Source of the DNA: Antedon mediterranea
Lineage: Eukaryota > Animalia > Echinodermata
DNA length: 64,000 nt
Assembly (NCBI RefSeq): GCF_964355755.1
Contig: NC_092677.1
Location: 6,470,101-6,534,100, forward strand
Direction of reading: 5' to 3'
In this document: one piece after another, positions 37,790 to 52,331 of the stretch
Layout: each line of letters opens with the position of its first letter
How positions within the stretch are numbered: position 1 is the stretch's first letter
Position numbers and translations under genes: made by a program
Notes under the pieces: generated by a model
Told to the model about the DNA's origin: nothing
Seen by the model: the letters and a program-made list of their open reading frames with translations, nothing else
The model's database searches: none

Positions 37790-39095
37790 AGTGGAGTTGT
37801 GGCTTGGTGGTTACAATGCTTGGCTACCCCAAGGGTCCTGAGTTCAAGTCCCGTCACATGTCAGGATTTTTTCTAAGGTCAAAATTACAACTCCACTTAA
37901 AGACTTGTAATAAGACTGTTTATGTAGAGCATCTTGTGTATATATGTTTGTCTTGTGAACCTCTGAGGGCAGGGCCGTAGCCAGGATCTGTCAAGGGGGG
38001 GTTCGGACACTAAATATTTAGGTAAACCCCCCTACCCTCCCCCCCCCCCCCCCCGCCCCCCCAGCCTGATGCGAAGCGAATTTTGTTAAATGACACCCTA
38101 GATGGCCGGAAAAGACACTCTCGTGCAGCATGCTATATAACCAATGAGCAAAAAGATCGTACTTTTTTCCGCCTCCTCAAACACGTCGATAATTTAAATG
38201 ACGATAACTATTTGTTGCCGTATGTTAGATGTGCGTGCTCTGTGCGGAACCGCCGATTGTTTGATCATTTACTCCGTATTTTGTTTTGCGTTCAAGTTCA
38301 ATGCGAACGTATATCTAGGAGCAGCCGCGAAAAAAGCACACTGGGTGAAGGCAAATGCTATTTGCTAGCTCTATCTATAATATTTATTTACAGCTATTTG
38401 TTGAGGAATATAAATATGTAAATAGGTGATATTGATACATTTTAGTACGTATCGGCTGGTGGTCTAGAAAAAAATAATCGGATGCCATACTGTGAACTAC
38501 AGTACTTGATACCAAAGATATTATAGTGTAAAATATTAATATTCACTATAATCCTCTATGATACATTATACTTTATAGTCACACATAAATACTGATGTAC
38601 GTCGGAAGGCTATATACTTTATGCATGCTGCCTGACTGCCAGCGATCTAAACAATTATAGGTACGCAGTTGTCTGGCGGTGTCCTTTGTACGAATCGTTC
38701 GTGCGCCAGCTCGCCATGAGACGCGTCAATATCATGTTACATGCAGGGACCAAACATTTATTTTTCAGGTTAAAATCGGCAATTCATTTGCAGCTTTTAG
38801 AAATTTACAGACACGTATCACTAGTTGACGCTCATACAGAGAAGAAGGTTCACGAACAAGTTTACGAATTTTTCAATTTACAAACAGCTTTTTGTACTGT
38901 GGGGCACGTATTTGGAGGATTTTTGGAGATGAGGGTGAGGTATTGGGCATGTCGGGGATGGGGGGTTCGCAGTTGGTTAAGGGGGGTTCGCTGTAAAGGG
39001 GGGGTTCGCCCGAACCATAAAAACCCCCCCTGGCTACGGGCCTGGAGGGTCCCTAATGATCAGCAATTGCTGGATGGATCACCCTCATTAAATAT
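37790..39095 (+). mobile_element. tRNA-derived SINE interrupted by a DNA transposon
   Basis: A-box tggcttggtgg (37800-37810) and B-box gagttcaagtcc (about 37840-37851). Body continues to 37969 and resumes at 39045 (gagggtccctaatgatcagc...caccctcattaaatat). Same head at about 15808-15840. Confidence 0.7.
37970..39044. mobile_element. Non-autonomous TIR element with 5-bp TSD (hAT5-like)
   Basis: TIRs cagggccgtagccagg / cctggctacgggcctg; TSD gaggg at 37965-37969 and 39045-39049; no transposase ORF. Confidence 0.85.
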
Positions 39096-39694
39096 GGTAA
39101 AAAAAATCGTGTACTACTGAATTATTACCATCATGTATGTTTGTCTCTTTGCCTTACAATAGATTAGAATCCAGGTGCCTCTCCAACCAAAATAACAATA
39201 TTAATAACACATAAACAAAGAGGCTAACATTAAGATGGATTAGCCAAATCTAATCTTTCAGAGTTAGCTAAATAGTTTAGTAACATGTATTCTAGAGTAG
39301 CTTGTATTTTTGTAGCGCAGTAGGGCTACATCAGGGATAGTCTTTAGATCAAAGCGAATCAATCAAGACATTTTTTTAGAGCATACTTATATAGCAAATA
39401 ATGGAAATGATGTGTTTTAATATTAGTACCAAGCATAGCGCACTAATAATCACATTGTCAAAATAGCGATCGATAAAATCCTTGAAGCACATTAACGGAT
39501 CCGATTTCCACTTTAGATTGCTAATCATTAGTTCTCTGTTAGTTAATTTTACTTAAAAATGACTGCGCTAATGTTATCTTTCTTAATAATAGTAACAGTA
39601 AGTAGGCCAGCTATTGTTTAAAAGATAGAGCGTATATTATTATATTTTAATAGGCCTATAATAATAATGCCATAGTAACTAAAATTAGTTGTAA

Positions 39695-39845
39695 AGCTTG
39701 GTCCCCACAAGTGAAGGATGTAACGCGACGTAAGTGATTTGACCAGTCACACCAAGGGATGGATTATTCAAACAGTGGCTTGTCATTGGTCAACTCGTTT
39801 GCGTAGCGCGTACATTTGCGTTTCGTCTCTGGTGGGAACCAAGCT
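39695..39845. mobile_element. Complete short MITE of the agcttggttcccact family
   Basis: aagcttggtccccac ... gtgggaaccaagct inverted termini. Confidence 0.75.
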
Positions 39846-41227
39846 CATGTCCGCAGTGGTTTTAAGTCCTCCTTTTCCTTTCATTTTTAGGTATTTTTTC
39901 GTATGTTTAGTTGTAACCAAACTTTAAACCATGGATACGCCACTTGTTTTATTATTAACATACTTCTTACCTACTGACACGTTTATTTCAGATAAAATGT
40001 ATGCATTACGGGGCGCCATCAGACCTACCAATTGTTTGTCTTTCGATACAATTACAAACCATATTTTTTTCTTTGAATACAAAATAAACTAAATTTACGA
40101 ACCATGTTTTTTTTCTTTACAAAGCATTATTTATTTTTCTATTTTATCTTTCAAAAACAAGTCTACCATAATTCTTTGGCTTTTAGGCCGGCGCCCCGTA
40201 ACCGAATACTCCGGTGGTCGCGTAAATGTTTATTAATAACCCGTACTGATAATGTCATATGGAATAATTATATCTTTTCTTTTTATAAACGTCTTATAAT
40301 AAGCTTGTTGATGTGCTTCGTGACTTGGGTTTATCGTATATTAAACATTAATTGTCGTATACGCATGCATATGGGATTAACGTTAGTCCATGCATAAGTA
40401 ATGTTGTTTTGAACTATATTGTAGGATTTCTCATTAAATTGTATTTTCCTATCTAAGATTAACGAACAGTGATTTTATTGGTACGTGCGATAGATCTGGA
40501 CGTGTGGATATAAGAGATGCGTGTTGTTTATTTTATTTACTTAAATTTATACAGGAGAACATGATTTTAAAAAATAAGATGAAAAATGAAGATCAATTAA
40601 ATCCGACTTATATAGGTTATTTTGTAGTTTTAATAAAGTTAATCACTTATTATAAAATAACATAATAAATGGTTAAATTCAACTAAAAATCCTTGGCTGG
40701 CTGATAATTTGACAATTTTTCGCTTTAAAATACATTTTTTCAGATAAATAAATTTTGTTTAGATCCAATTTTTGGTCAAAGTGGACAACTATTATGTGCC
40801 ATTAAAATTACATATTTTTTAAAAAATGTAAAAAAACAATTTTTTTCAGGGGGACAATACATCTTTAAAACTGGTTTACGAATGATCCTGTTTAAATAAT
40901 GTATAACCAGAGCAAAGAGACTCGAATCAGCTCAAAGTGTAAAAACATGGAAACATCCCATGGTATAAAAAAGATATAATTGTTGCATCTGCTAATATCT
41001 GTCTACACCAATTAGTTTTCAATAAAGGTCTAATAACAGTGTATATTTAACCACTTCAAACGAATCAATCTCACTTGGTTCCCACTAGTAATAAGACGCA
41101 ACGCAAGACGTGTGCCCAACGCAATTAATTTGACCAATCACGACACGATATACTGTGATTGATGAACTTGCATCGAAGTGGAAAGAAAGATTCATAGGAT
41201 AAAAAAAAGTTGCCACTTGTTGATCCT

Positions 41228-41580
41228 TATCTATACTATAGGTGAGAGTGTATGTTTGTTCGTTTCTACTGCACTTATCTATACATATGGGGTATCAAAA
41301 TGACCGCAATTGTACCAGGAAGGTTCTATATTATATTTGAACATTATCCGCCATATTGGATCCAAGATAGGGACCAAAATGGAGTAAATATGCCCCACTT
41401 TTGATGTCTGTTCGTTTTACAAATGTCTGTTTCTTCACACGTAACCATAGATATGAGGTATGAAAATGTAGGCCTATGAGAAGGTTTTAAACTATATTTC
41501 AAAAAGTCGGGGTTTGATGGAAGGGGATGAGGGAGATTTTGGGAGTTGGTGTTGGGGATGGTAGGGATTTTTCCCAATGT
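41228..41580 (+). mobile_element. Probable non-autonomous Helitron/HINE-type fragment
   Basis: tctatactata start, (tgtt/tgta) microsatellite and ggggtatcaaaatgaccg motif, typical of such elements; ends not resolved. Confidence 0.4.
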
Positions 41581-42749
41581 TATATGGACTGATTAAAGCA
41601 ATAGTTATTTTTACTTACATTCCAATATTCGTCAACATAAACTTAATGTTTGTTGTCAATTAGAATTTCAAATATGTTTATGTAATTCTTAATATTACTT
41701 GTATTGTCAAACTGTCTTTGCTTATCATTCAACCGATTGTTAGGCAATTATTTCTGACATGGCGATCTATAAAACATCATTTTACGTATAACATTTTCGA
41801 GGAAAAAAGAAGAAATATATATTTTTATTAACCTGGGTATTTTTTAACGCTTTGATTAGATATAAGAACGTATAATCCGGAAGATTGTTAATAATATATA
41901 ATATTAATAATAGAATTACGTTAAATTAAAGTTATGAGACATTGAATATAACAACATAAAGTGTTGATGCATCGAATCATCATTTATAGAGGTATTATAG
42001 CAGAATATTTCTTGAGTATGTACTTTAATCGGCTGATCTCCGGTCTGCTGTTCAATTACAGGGGTCTAGCTGAGCCAATTCAGTGAGTTCATCAGTGACC
42101 TGTCGAAATTTATACTAATTCGTTTTTTCAGACAAAACATTAGTTATTACAAAATTCGCAAACATTTAAATAGTAATGTTATGTAACAATGGCCCAACAC
42201 AAGTGGGAACCTCGTCAATAATATTCGAATGTGATGGGTTTTTTTGTATGTGTTCAGGATTTCTTATTCTGGTAACTTTCGTATTTCGTAATTTTGGTAG
42301 CACAGTTGTTGCATTGTTTGACATGCGCACGGTGTCATTCAATATCAATCATTCTGATTGGATAAGCATTTTGCTAATTTATAATTTACATTGAAATGAA
42401 AAAGAATCAAATACAACACTATACATTGGTGTTGTGACGCGTCAGTACACTTTGTATTTCGATCAGATCATTCACGTACTGTTATATAGCAGTAATCAAT
42501 ACAGTTATGCTCGCCAAAGCCGTGTGTATTTTACCGAGCATGCGTAAATTAACACTTGTTGTGATATTGTGTTATACCAACGGAGAATTCCCAAGAAGCA
42601 TGTGCTAGATCATCGTTGCTCTTTCAACGAAAATGTGTATTTTACGTCTTTTTAAAATCTACAATATTAGATGAAGGTGTACAGAATGATAGGAAAGTGT
42701 AAGTGTTTTGAAGTTCCAGTTAGATTTTGCTGAACATTTTTTCAACAAT

Positions 42750-45700
42750 ATGATACGTCTTGTTATTGGTTTCCTATCTGTTCTGACGAACTGTAAAATG
42801 GCTGATGTTATTGGCATGTCAGGAAGTGGGGACAAAGCTGTAGAAATCCGTTTAACGCCATCTGATGAATCATTTTTACAGACAACCAACAGTTTTTCAT
42901 TGTTTACCATTTCGCCAACTGTATATCCCATTCCATCTATTTTACCAACGACTAACATACCAAAGGAGACTCCTATCCGTTCTCAAGAAGTTCATTTGAT
43001 GTCGCCTATTGTTTCAACTTCTCTGTACACATGGTCGAATCATCCCGATGATGCGTACACAGCTGGAAACTCCCGACAAATGCATAGTCCATCTTTCTCT
43101 TTTGCATCAGGTCCGACACGTGATTATGTAACTCATTCATCAAGTTCCCCAACGCCGATTTCGTCAGTTGGTACAGAGTTTGTGACGTCATCAAAAACTT
43201 TCTTCTTTAGAGAAAGCGGAACATCAACCGATGATATGATGTCCACCATGAATGTAAACACTAGACTTACACCTAGTTTACCGTTTACACCACTAACGCA
43301 AAGTGTAGGCATGTATGATAGCGTCAAGATAACATCTGTCTCAAACTCTGATAGGCCTACAACAAGTGGAATAGATTTCACGATTACCCCAACATTAGCA
43401 ACTTCGTTATATGTTTCAAGTTCATCTGTGTCTACAAGTCCCATGCCTTCAAATAGTTATCTATCGCTTCCGACTAGTCAAAATATGGCGACTTTGAGTG
43501 ACCAATTTACGAATTATAATTACTCGTTGAACACTGGTACCAATAATACTTTGGAATCTTTGACGACTGTTGAGAGTGTATATTCTGTCGAAGATTCGCC
43601 AAATGTTGTTGATTCAAATGAAAATGGTAAGTCATTTTGATTTATTGTATTCATCATTTTAGTATGTTTTTAGCTATAACAAATCGTTGTCACCGTATTG
43701 GATTTAAAGTACTAATTTATATATTAAACTTATACAGTAATACATTTTTCTTATTATTAATACATACTTCCTATTATTAAATAGTATTTAAAATGTCTTT
43801 GATAATTGTGCTTTATCCTGCCTTGTATTTGGAAAGAAAATAATTAGTTTATAATTGCATTTAAACCGAAACTTATCGGAACTTGGGTATTCGCCAAATC
43901 AAAGATGTTTTAAGCACCTATACATTATTTTAAGTCATGCAAAATTATTACAGTATTGTCACAGAGACACTGTGACTTTGAACAATGACTGCTGGTTTTA
44001 ATACACAGTTGGTGTTCCGTTTTTATGTTTGTAAGACTGTGCTATATCGCTGTAAACAATATTGTCTTTTTTTTGTTACACTGATACAGTATGATAGAAG
44101 CATTATGCGATTCTCGGTATACTGTATCTAAATTTGTCCAATATCATGGGAAAATGCCGTGATAAAGCATAACATGTGATGCATGTATCATAGAAAATAA
44201 TCTAACCCTTCACCTACCTTCCTTGATACAGGCAAGACTGATTCTAGATTAAACAAATGTTATTGGTCCACTTAAAATGGAAATTCATTTTGCTTAGCAT
44301 ATTAAGACAATAAAAATACATCAGTTTGCAAAAACGCTGTAGGCCAATGTTAAAATGAACAAATTATTAGGTATTTAATTTATAATGGAAGCATACAATT
44401 TGTAATTAATTACTGTGACGTTTCTGTTTCACAAAGTGATAAAAACCATTTTAATTATATGCCTAATCAATTATATTCAAATTTCTATTAACGAAAATTA
44501 AAATGTTAATTATTTCCACAAGATTAACAACTGCAATACGTTTCATCGCCTTAATACCATATAGTACAGCGAACTGTTTGTTGAAGTAGGCCTACAGTTT
44601 TGAAAAGTGCACGGTTATCATTCACCTAATTATAGGCAGGCCAAGTATACTTATTATATCTGATTTAAGCAATCGTATATCCATATTACATCTAGATCTT
44701 CTCTTGAGATGATTTAATGAAAGTATGTGTACTTTTATATTTGGAAGTGCCGTATTTTCCCCTTAGTTTTGTAACATGTTTGAGGCTTAGTTTTCGAACA
44801 TGTTTGGAGCCTAGTTTGGGAACATGTTTGAGGCTTAGTTTTAGAACATGTTTGGAGCCTAGTTTTTTAACATGTTTGAGGCTTACAGTAGTTTTGGGAC
44901 ATGTTTGAGGTTTAGTTTTGGAACATGTTTGGAGCCTAGTTTTGGAACATTATTTGAGGTTTAGTTTTGGCATGGAGTAAAGAATGGTTTTGGAACATGT
45001 TTGAGGTTCAGTTTGGAACATGTTTGAAGCCTAGTTTGGAACATATTTGAGGCTTGGTTTTGGAACATGTTTGAGCTTAGATCTCGAACATTTTGGGAGG
45101 TTAGTTTTGGAACATGGTTGGACTCGGTTTTGAAATATGTTTGAGGCTTTGTTTTTTAACATGTTTGAGGCTTAATAATAATTTATTGAAGCTACACCTT
45201 TACACGTTCGTACATGGTGAATTCTTTAAAATAGACAACAAACAGATACAAAATTAATACATCAACTTAGTTTAGGAACATAGGGCTCGATTTTGAAACA
45301 TCATAGCTGTTGACGGCCATAAATAAAACTATGTTTGATTTTTAATTATATCAATATTTTAAAAAGAGGCAATCAAAATTACCCCATTCGTTGATTTGAT
45401 TTAAATATTTAAAACTACTAAAGACAAGAATAAATTATAAAACAACATTACACTAAATCAAGAACTTGATACTCTGAAGTAGGAGCACAGTGTTATCACT
45501 TTTTATGGGACCATTTTTTGACACCTGGATGAAAGAGGAAGATATTAATAACGGTCTCTTTTTTTGTTGTCTTATTATTTGTTTTCTTCATGTTTGATTT
45601 ATTTTTAATTAAGTTGTTTTTTTATCCAAAGGTTAAAACATTTAATAGTCTTTTTTTTCACTGAAATATAATTTGCGAAAGACAAGGTTTGATCAATTAA

Positions 45701-48700
45701 TAATGTAATTGTAATAATAACAATAACACCTGGTAGAATTATTTCAATTGAAAATGTGTCTCATCTCGGTAATGTGTTCGTACAAAAGGAAGTCCTTTCG
45801 GCTTTTAAGGGTTAATGACCTGGTTTATTTAGGTGTATGGCCTATTATTATAACTATTATTAACCATTTTGTCTTATGAAGCGCATATAGAAGTAAAATA
45901 TACAACATTAGTATGAATATATCTTATTCTATGCCCAACCGATCACAGGTTAGAAGATTCAAATATAATTGTCGGAAAACGTTCAGAAATTGATTCCACT
46001 GGCAGAGTGTTAAAGGTAGACCTAATGAATAGCAAAAAAACCCCAACATTAATTATGCATACATTACATGAAAGAACAGAACATTAAACATCTCAACATA
46101 ATGAATCATAGCAATACGCTTTTTTTTCATTTAGCCTAAGACAACTAGCTTGGCTAATATACTTATAGATGTACTTGGACATAGTACGTGTAAGGCCTGG
46201 CAGCTGTTGTTTGCCATAAGAGAATAAAAACAACTATTATAAATAATTATCAAATATCGTAGTCGATAAATCCTGTCTTTGTTTACTATATTACTTTGAT
46301 ATGGTCATTGACCCTCGATCAAACATGGATAATGTTTTTACTGTTCGTTTATTCGCATTCACATTATAGAAATGCTAGTTGGATGATGTTTTACTGAAGT
46401 TACTGCAGTAACCGTTTTCAGCACAGAAGAAAGGTACAGAATTGTATACTGTAGCCATGGCAAAACAATAATAGTAACATAATGCATTACATATTCTACC
46501 CTCGCCCTCTACCACACACACACGCACCCATGCATTTACTATAAAAAAGATAAACAGAAATTTTAGTTTTAATATCGTAATTAACTGTAAAATAAACAAA
46601 ACAAAAACATTATAAACAATGTATGTATGTTGCATACCTATTTTTTTTTTTTTTTTTTTTTTTTTTGTGTTCAATGTACCTACTGTATTCAATTTTGTGT
46701 TCAAATGAATAATTATGTGACCTTAAAATGGCCTTATTCCCTTAAAAAAAAATATGCTTTCAGGGGAACAATAATTGTATCTATTAAAAATGGAATAGTA
46801 ACTTAACTAATTTGTATAAATAATTGTAAGTTGTATAATAATGGTAAACGTAGACTAAATTCACGATAACAACGACATTGTCTGTTCTTGACAGTGTGAT
46901 TAAATAATTTAATTCTGGCTAAACATTGCTGATGCATTTCGACCACTGTTCTTAACTGTAAAAAATACTCATTCGCTAATCGGATTGATTTTTACTCATT
47001 CTTGTCTCGGTACGTTAAGTAAGAAGTTTACGTTTTCAATCTCTAGTTTTCATTGTCAGTCACCGTCCTTCCTTTTAATTGACATTGTATCGACCGCTTT
47101 TACTGACGACAATGGTAACGCTCTGCACCACCCCTGCCGGAACAAATAATTAGTAACGAACCGTGTTGAGACATTGTATTTATTGCGTTAGTTTCATAGT
47201 CAAATACATGAACATATAAAACGTTATCAATAATAACGAAAACAATAATAATTTTTTTTTTAATAATAAGGATGGAAAAAAACATCCTCAACAGGAATTG
47301 AACCACTGATCTCAGCTTTGAATTGCTGGATATATAACCATCCAAACAATTCACATTCACAGGGTTATAGTGTAATTAGCCTAATCACACACATCACTAA
47401 GACACGCACATTTTTTTAAACTTTAAGCGGAGGTATGCACTCTCGGAGTAGCCAATCCTTCTAGTTTGAATGCGTTTTTATAACTAAATTATAAGAGCTT
47501 AAATTAGAAATGTCTAGTGTCATTGTGTTTATTCCTCAAATTTTAAATCTATTTTTGTTTGTATAATACACAGTATTTGTGATCTGACAATGAATCTGAA
47601 TTGTGGTGGTTATACATTTCATTTATGCATTAATGTTATATTTATCATTTATGACGCAGTGGGTGTGGTTATAGAAAAATACTAGCATATCTAAGTACTT
47701 TACGCATTATTGTGATTAGTTGAATGAATGTTTACGTTGATGATAATAGCAAGGCAATATCAGGAAGAATTCAACCTCCTGTTATACATCCATATGGAAC
47801 GCCAAATTGGCAATTTGAATTTAACTGAGGTTATTTAAAGTACCCCTTGGACGTTTCACAGTTCACAAAAGAAAAGGAGGAGCTAAAACACGAAAACACA
47901 TTATGTGAAATAATAGTTTTTTTGTTGTTGAAGTCGATTAGTTGTTTTTTTTTTTGTCGATGGAGGGAACTGGCTGATGGCATTTCTTTAGTAGTACGTG
48001 TGATCATTTTGATTTTTGCTCGGCGGCCAAACTGAGTGGGCGACAGGAACCATCGTTTTTGTTTAAATATAGCTTATGGCAATTAACATATAATTTTAAA
48101 AGCTTTGAACCAAGTTGACCACTGATCCACCAAATCAGGAAAAATTTCATAAATTACAATTATAACACTTGCTATTAATTGGTAAGCCTATCACATTTCC
48201 TTCGCAATGGGTCAATATGGCGCGTCTTTAATTTAGAAAAAGACACTAATAAATCTCTATAATGATAATTTGTATAATTGTAAATCATGGCACTATTTAA
48301 AGCTCCGTGTTACTTTCCTCCAATTAGAAGTAATAGCCATTTTATGTATACGGTACCGGTAGTACCTGTATTGAGAATCAGGTGTGTGAATGTGCTACCG
48401 TAGGCTAGATCCATTCCCTCATGTAGACATTACGACGAAAGACGTAACAAATTATATACTAATCTAAAGGGTGCCATAACACTAACTATTGATGACAATA
48501 TAAACTTTGCCAACATAATCGGCTCCACTGAATATGACGTCATGTTGCTGGTGACCAGATTCATACATGACGCATTTATTTTACGAATGTAGTCCGAACT
48601 ATAATGTTGGTTATTTTGGCTACTCATGTCAACTTGTTGTATTTATACAATTTATGTTCTATGCCTAATGTGTTTATATATGTATATTTATATACGTATA

Positions 48701-50796
48701 TTTGTATATATATTTTTTATCTTATTTTTTGTGTAAACATTTTTCGTTTGTTTTCGTTCTGTGCTATTTGTTATTTGTTTTCTATGACAATACTGTAACG
48801 TACGGTGAGAGTCAATAAAGAATTGAATTGTTTTGTCGGGGGACACTTCCATTACTATGATAATTGAGTTGTTATTTTTCTTTCGTTGTTAAGTCATTGC
48901 ATCGCTAATATGCTTCCTGTGTTTTCCCAGCTATTTTCTAGCTTGTTTACGTTTATTATATTCCAGGCCGGCTATCTATATATTGTTCTTCGATTACTCT
49001 ATAACCCCATCTTATGCGATAAAAGATATTAATATTATATCATACTCATCTACAACTAATCATTTCAATTAATTCATACCATTTATTTACTGACCGGTAA
49101 CTATGGTAACATACACGGTGATAGCTCGAATTTAAATGATTCTGTATACCATTTGTTCATTACCGTGAAATCCTGATCAAACATGTTGTCTCGCGTACAA
49201 TATACGTGCGTCACGCGCGCGTATACCAGCATTTTGTTTATTGCGAAGCGATGCGGGTATCACCTTACTCGGAGATTTTAATTCTGAGTATTATAATGTC
49301 CGTTTGTTTAAATATTTAAAAAAAATAGGCTTCAAAATGCATGGTGGATTGATTTGGATTTTGATACGAGATATGAGATATAAACTTTGCCGTAGCTTGT
49401 GTGTCCCTCTGTAAAGTTCACTCTATACCTGTTTGCAATATGGGGCAAACAGATAAAATTAGTCAAATGCTTTTACAGCCAAAACTTGAACTGGTTTCCT
49501 GAATAGGATTCAATGTCTGTAGATGGCAGAAATTGCATAGGAAGGCCTATATTTTGTGTGAAGAATGTCTGTCTTACTCTTAACTTAACAACGCCTTTAT
49601 TCATTTTTAGTCAAATTTGAGCACGGGCCTTGTTCATTTACCTTTGGTTCTTGATTGCGAATAAATTACTGGCATCAAACTCACTGTATCTATTCTACTA
49701 AAGATTTTTAAAAACCTGCATGAAGTAGGACAATTTAAGAACATTTGTAAGAAATATTTATTGTGGTTTTTTTTTTCAGATTCTATTTACCCATTCACCT
49801 TTACATTTACGTATGACAGTACGTCATCGCTCATTTTTGTAATGCCAGCAATCGTCTGTGTTGTCCTAGGAATAATGTTATTTACAGTCTTCAAGCGCTG
49901 GCACTACTACTGCAAATTAAAAAAGTACAAGCTAAGGTCAAGTAACACAACCGAGTCAGTTTTATCAGAGGCGTCAGCATCTCCACCGCTTCCCGCCTCA
50001 ACTACCGATAGACCTATGGAAAATTCACGGTAACCTTATTTGTTGTACTGTTCTATTTAATTAAGCTAGGTTCCCATTTACGCAAGGACGTATACGCAAC
50101 GTATCGACGCAAAATGCCGTAAGAATATAACCTTGCGTGTCGTAAGTGGGTGAAGACCACGTATGCGCAGTGAAGCAGACATAAATTATACCGTTTGCGT
50201 ATGTCAATTTCTCGTAAGATGCAAAATTAATAGAAGAATCGAATATTTTCTAACGTTGCGTCGTTACGTTGCGATAGGATTTTTCTATAGTGGCAACCAA
50301 GCTTCAAGTCTGTTTGTAGGTGACCAACTGAAAGAATTATTCACATGATGTCGTTTTTTCAATTCAGTATTATTGAAATACATCCTGCTATATTAATGCC
50401 ATACTTACAACCGTAAAACGGTTTTTTTATGGAATAACTCATCTGAAATGAAACTGGTCTAATTATATAGTCATATATAAAGGTAAAATCAATATAATAT
50501 ATTCATGCATTGTATTTTCTTTGCAAAGTGTAATACGTATACATTTTGTTGTATTAATTAGGTCTAATCCAAGTGAACAGAAGATGACGGCTCAGACAAG
50601 AGCATCTTTACAGCAATCAAAGCGGGCAGCAAACACAATAGGACGAGCAACACCGGATAGAATAACTATGTTGAGGCGATATAGACCAGGACTAGAGTAT
50701 TTTAATAAAGGCTTTCAATATTCTCCCGACTGCCCCATACATGGAAGACGAACCTTACAAAAATCAAGCACGCAAGCAGTAATCGAGGTTGTTTAA
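42750..50796 (+). CDS. Unidentified Ser/Thr-rich (mucin-like) single-pass type I membrane protein, about 453 aa
   Basis: Exons 42750-43626, 49780-50029, 50562-50796, phase-consistent GT-AG. Hydrophobic N-terminus MIRLVIGFLSVLTNC, S/T/P-rich ectodomain with N-x-S/T sites, TM helix LIFVMPAIVCVVLGIMLFTVF followed by basic KRWHYYCKLKK, cytoplasmic tail ending ...YSPDCPIHG...VIEVV*. Confidence 0.8.
44760..45175. repeat. 24-25-bp minisatellite (ttttggaacatgtttgaggcttag), about 16 copies
   Basis: Alternating gaggcttag / ggagcctag variants around the palindrome aacatgtt. Confidence 0.9.
50063..50304. mobile_element. MITE of the agcttggttcccact family in the membrane-protein intron
   Basis: aagctaggttcccatt ... 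agtggcaaccaagctt termini; acgca-rich interior. Confidence 0.7.
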
Positions 50797-52331
50797 TAAG
50801 CCAACAAAATAAATATTTATATTTTTTATAAGATATTGCTCAGATGGATGGCACAGGAATAGCACTATGTTTGTCATGGATCATAAATTTACGACATTAT
50901 CCAAACTTTATTTCCCTCATGTTTATATGTTGTACGTAGGCCAACATGAGGTTTTCATTATCACATTATATAGAACTGACATTAATCAACTTGCTTGCGT
51001 TGCGCATACAACTTTCGATTCGTCCTAGTGGGAACCAAGCTTTAGTGTTCACCGTCTGAATCGCAGTGTTGATTAATGTTTGGTTTTGTGTCATTACAAT
51101 AATGTACTAACGCACTGTAGTGTCACCTTTCATTGTTAGTTGACCGGTGTTCGATTCTGATAAATGTAATCGCGTGTTGCTAAACGGAACCCACGTGTTG
51201 CCATTGTCACTTTGCATATGAACCTATGACATTATGAAAAGCTGGCGAGGTTGTTGCAACTGCGTAGGCCTACATGCATGAATGAACGCCACTATTCACT
51301 TTATTCAATTAGGCCTTCTTTTTCAGGATATGCATTAAAAACCGTATAAAACAATATATAATTCTGCAGATTACACCGCGTACATCGGCTCCAAAATATT
51401 GAGTCAAAGGGTAGCATTGCTTGTGCAATTTTCAATTTTAATATCTTTGGATCGTTACTGTCATTTATTCCTCATTATCTACCGACAACCCCGCCAACTA
51501 GAGGTACCTCATTGTGAAAACAAAAAACAAAAACAAAAAAAGCATAAAAGAAAGTAATATATTTTTTTTTTAAATAGTAAACAAAATAATTAAATTAAGA
51601 AATAATCCAAATAATCAAAACTAAACTCAAAACCAGTTTTGGATACTGTCACCACACTGACTAGTTCCGTGATGATCAACATGATTGTAGGAACTCATAA
51701 CGATGAAGATCCAGGAAACGCCCTAGAACCACATCTAATTCCCTTTCACACCATCGCTGTTGGTTATGTTGGTCAAGAAGTGTATATTTTTTTCTACCAA
51801 CGTTAGTCTGCAATTATCGTGCTTAATATCAATTGCCCACTGACTAAACAGGAACATACGGCGCCGTGAACTTTCAGTGTAAAATGGATATGTTTGTTTT
51901 TATAAGATTGTAAAATTGACGAATAAATACAATTGTAATAACAATACATTGTACATTATCTTTCCTTTGTTATGTTAGCTTATTTTCTAAACATCTAGAC
52001 ACTAACTTTCAGCAATCAAAACATCCGCTTTTCTGTCACATTTGGCAACTATTACGTCAAGGAAAACATTAATCTTTTCTATTGGTTTATATGTTTTATA
52101 AATGTTATTAATAAAAACAGAATAAATCACATTATTTCATTTGGTTTATGGCGCTATACCAACTACGAGGTTTCCTGACAACTTTGCCAAGTTGCATGAA
52201 CTCATTCATGATTAAGCTGTGTCGATTAACTTTAATTTTTATTTATTTATTTTTTAAACTAATGTTATAATTTAAAATAATATAAACCTTTCCACTACAA
52301 ATCCCCATCATATATTGCCAATTTAATTATA

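Noticed and set aside
37790-37860. tRNA gene
   Set aside because: The anticodon arm is defective and the sequence continues into a SINE body.
38686-39120. 144-aa ORF with a near-identical counterpart at 58638-58973
   Set aside because: The identity comes from two copies of a non-autonomous element; no transposase motifs are present.
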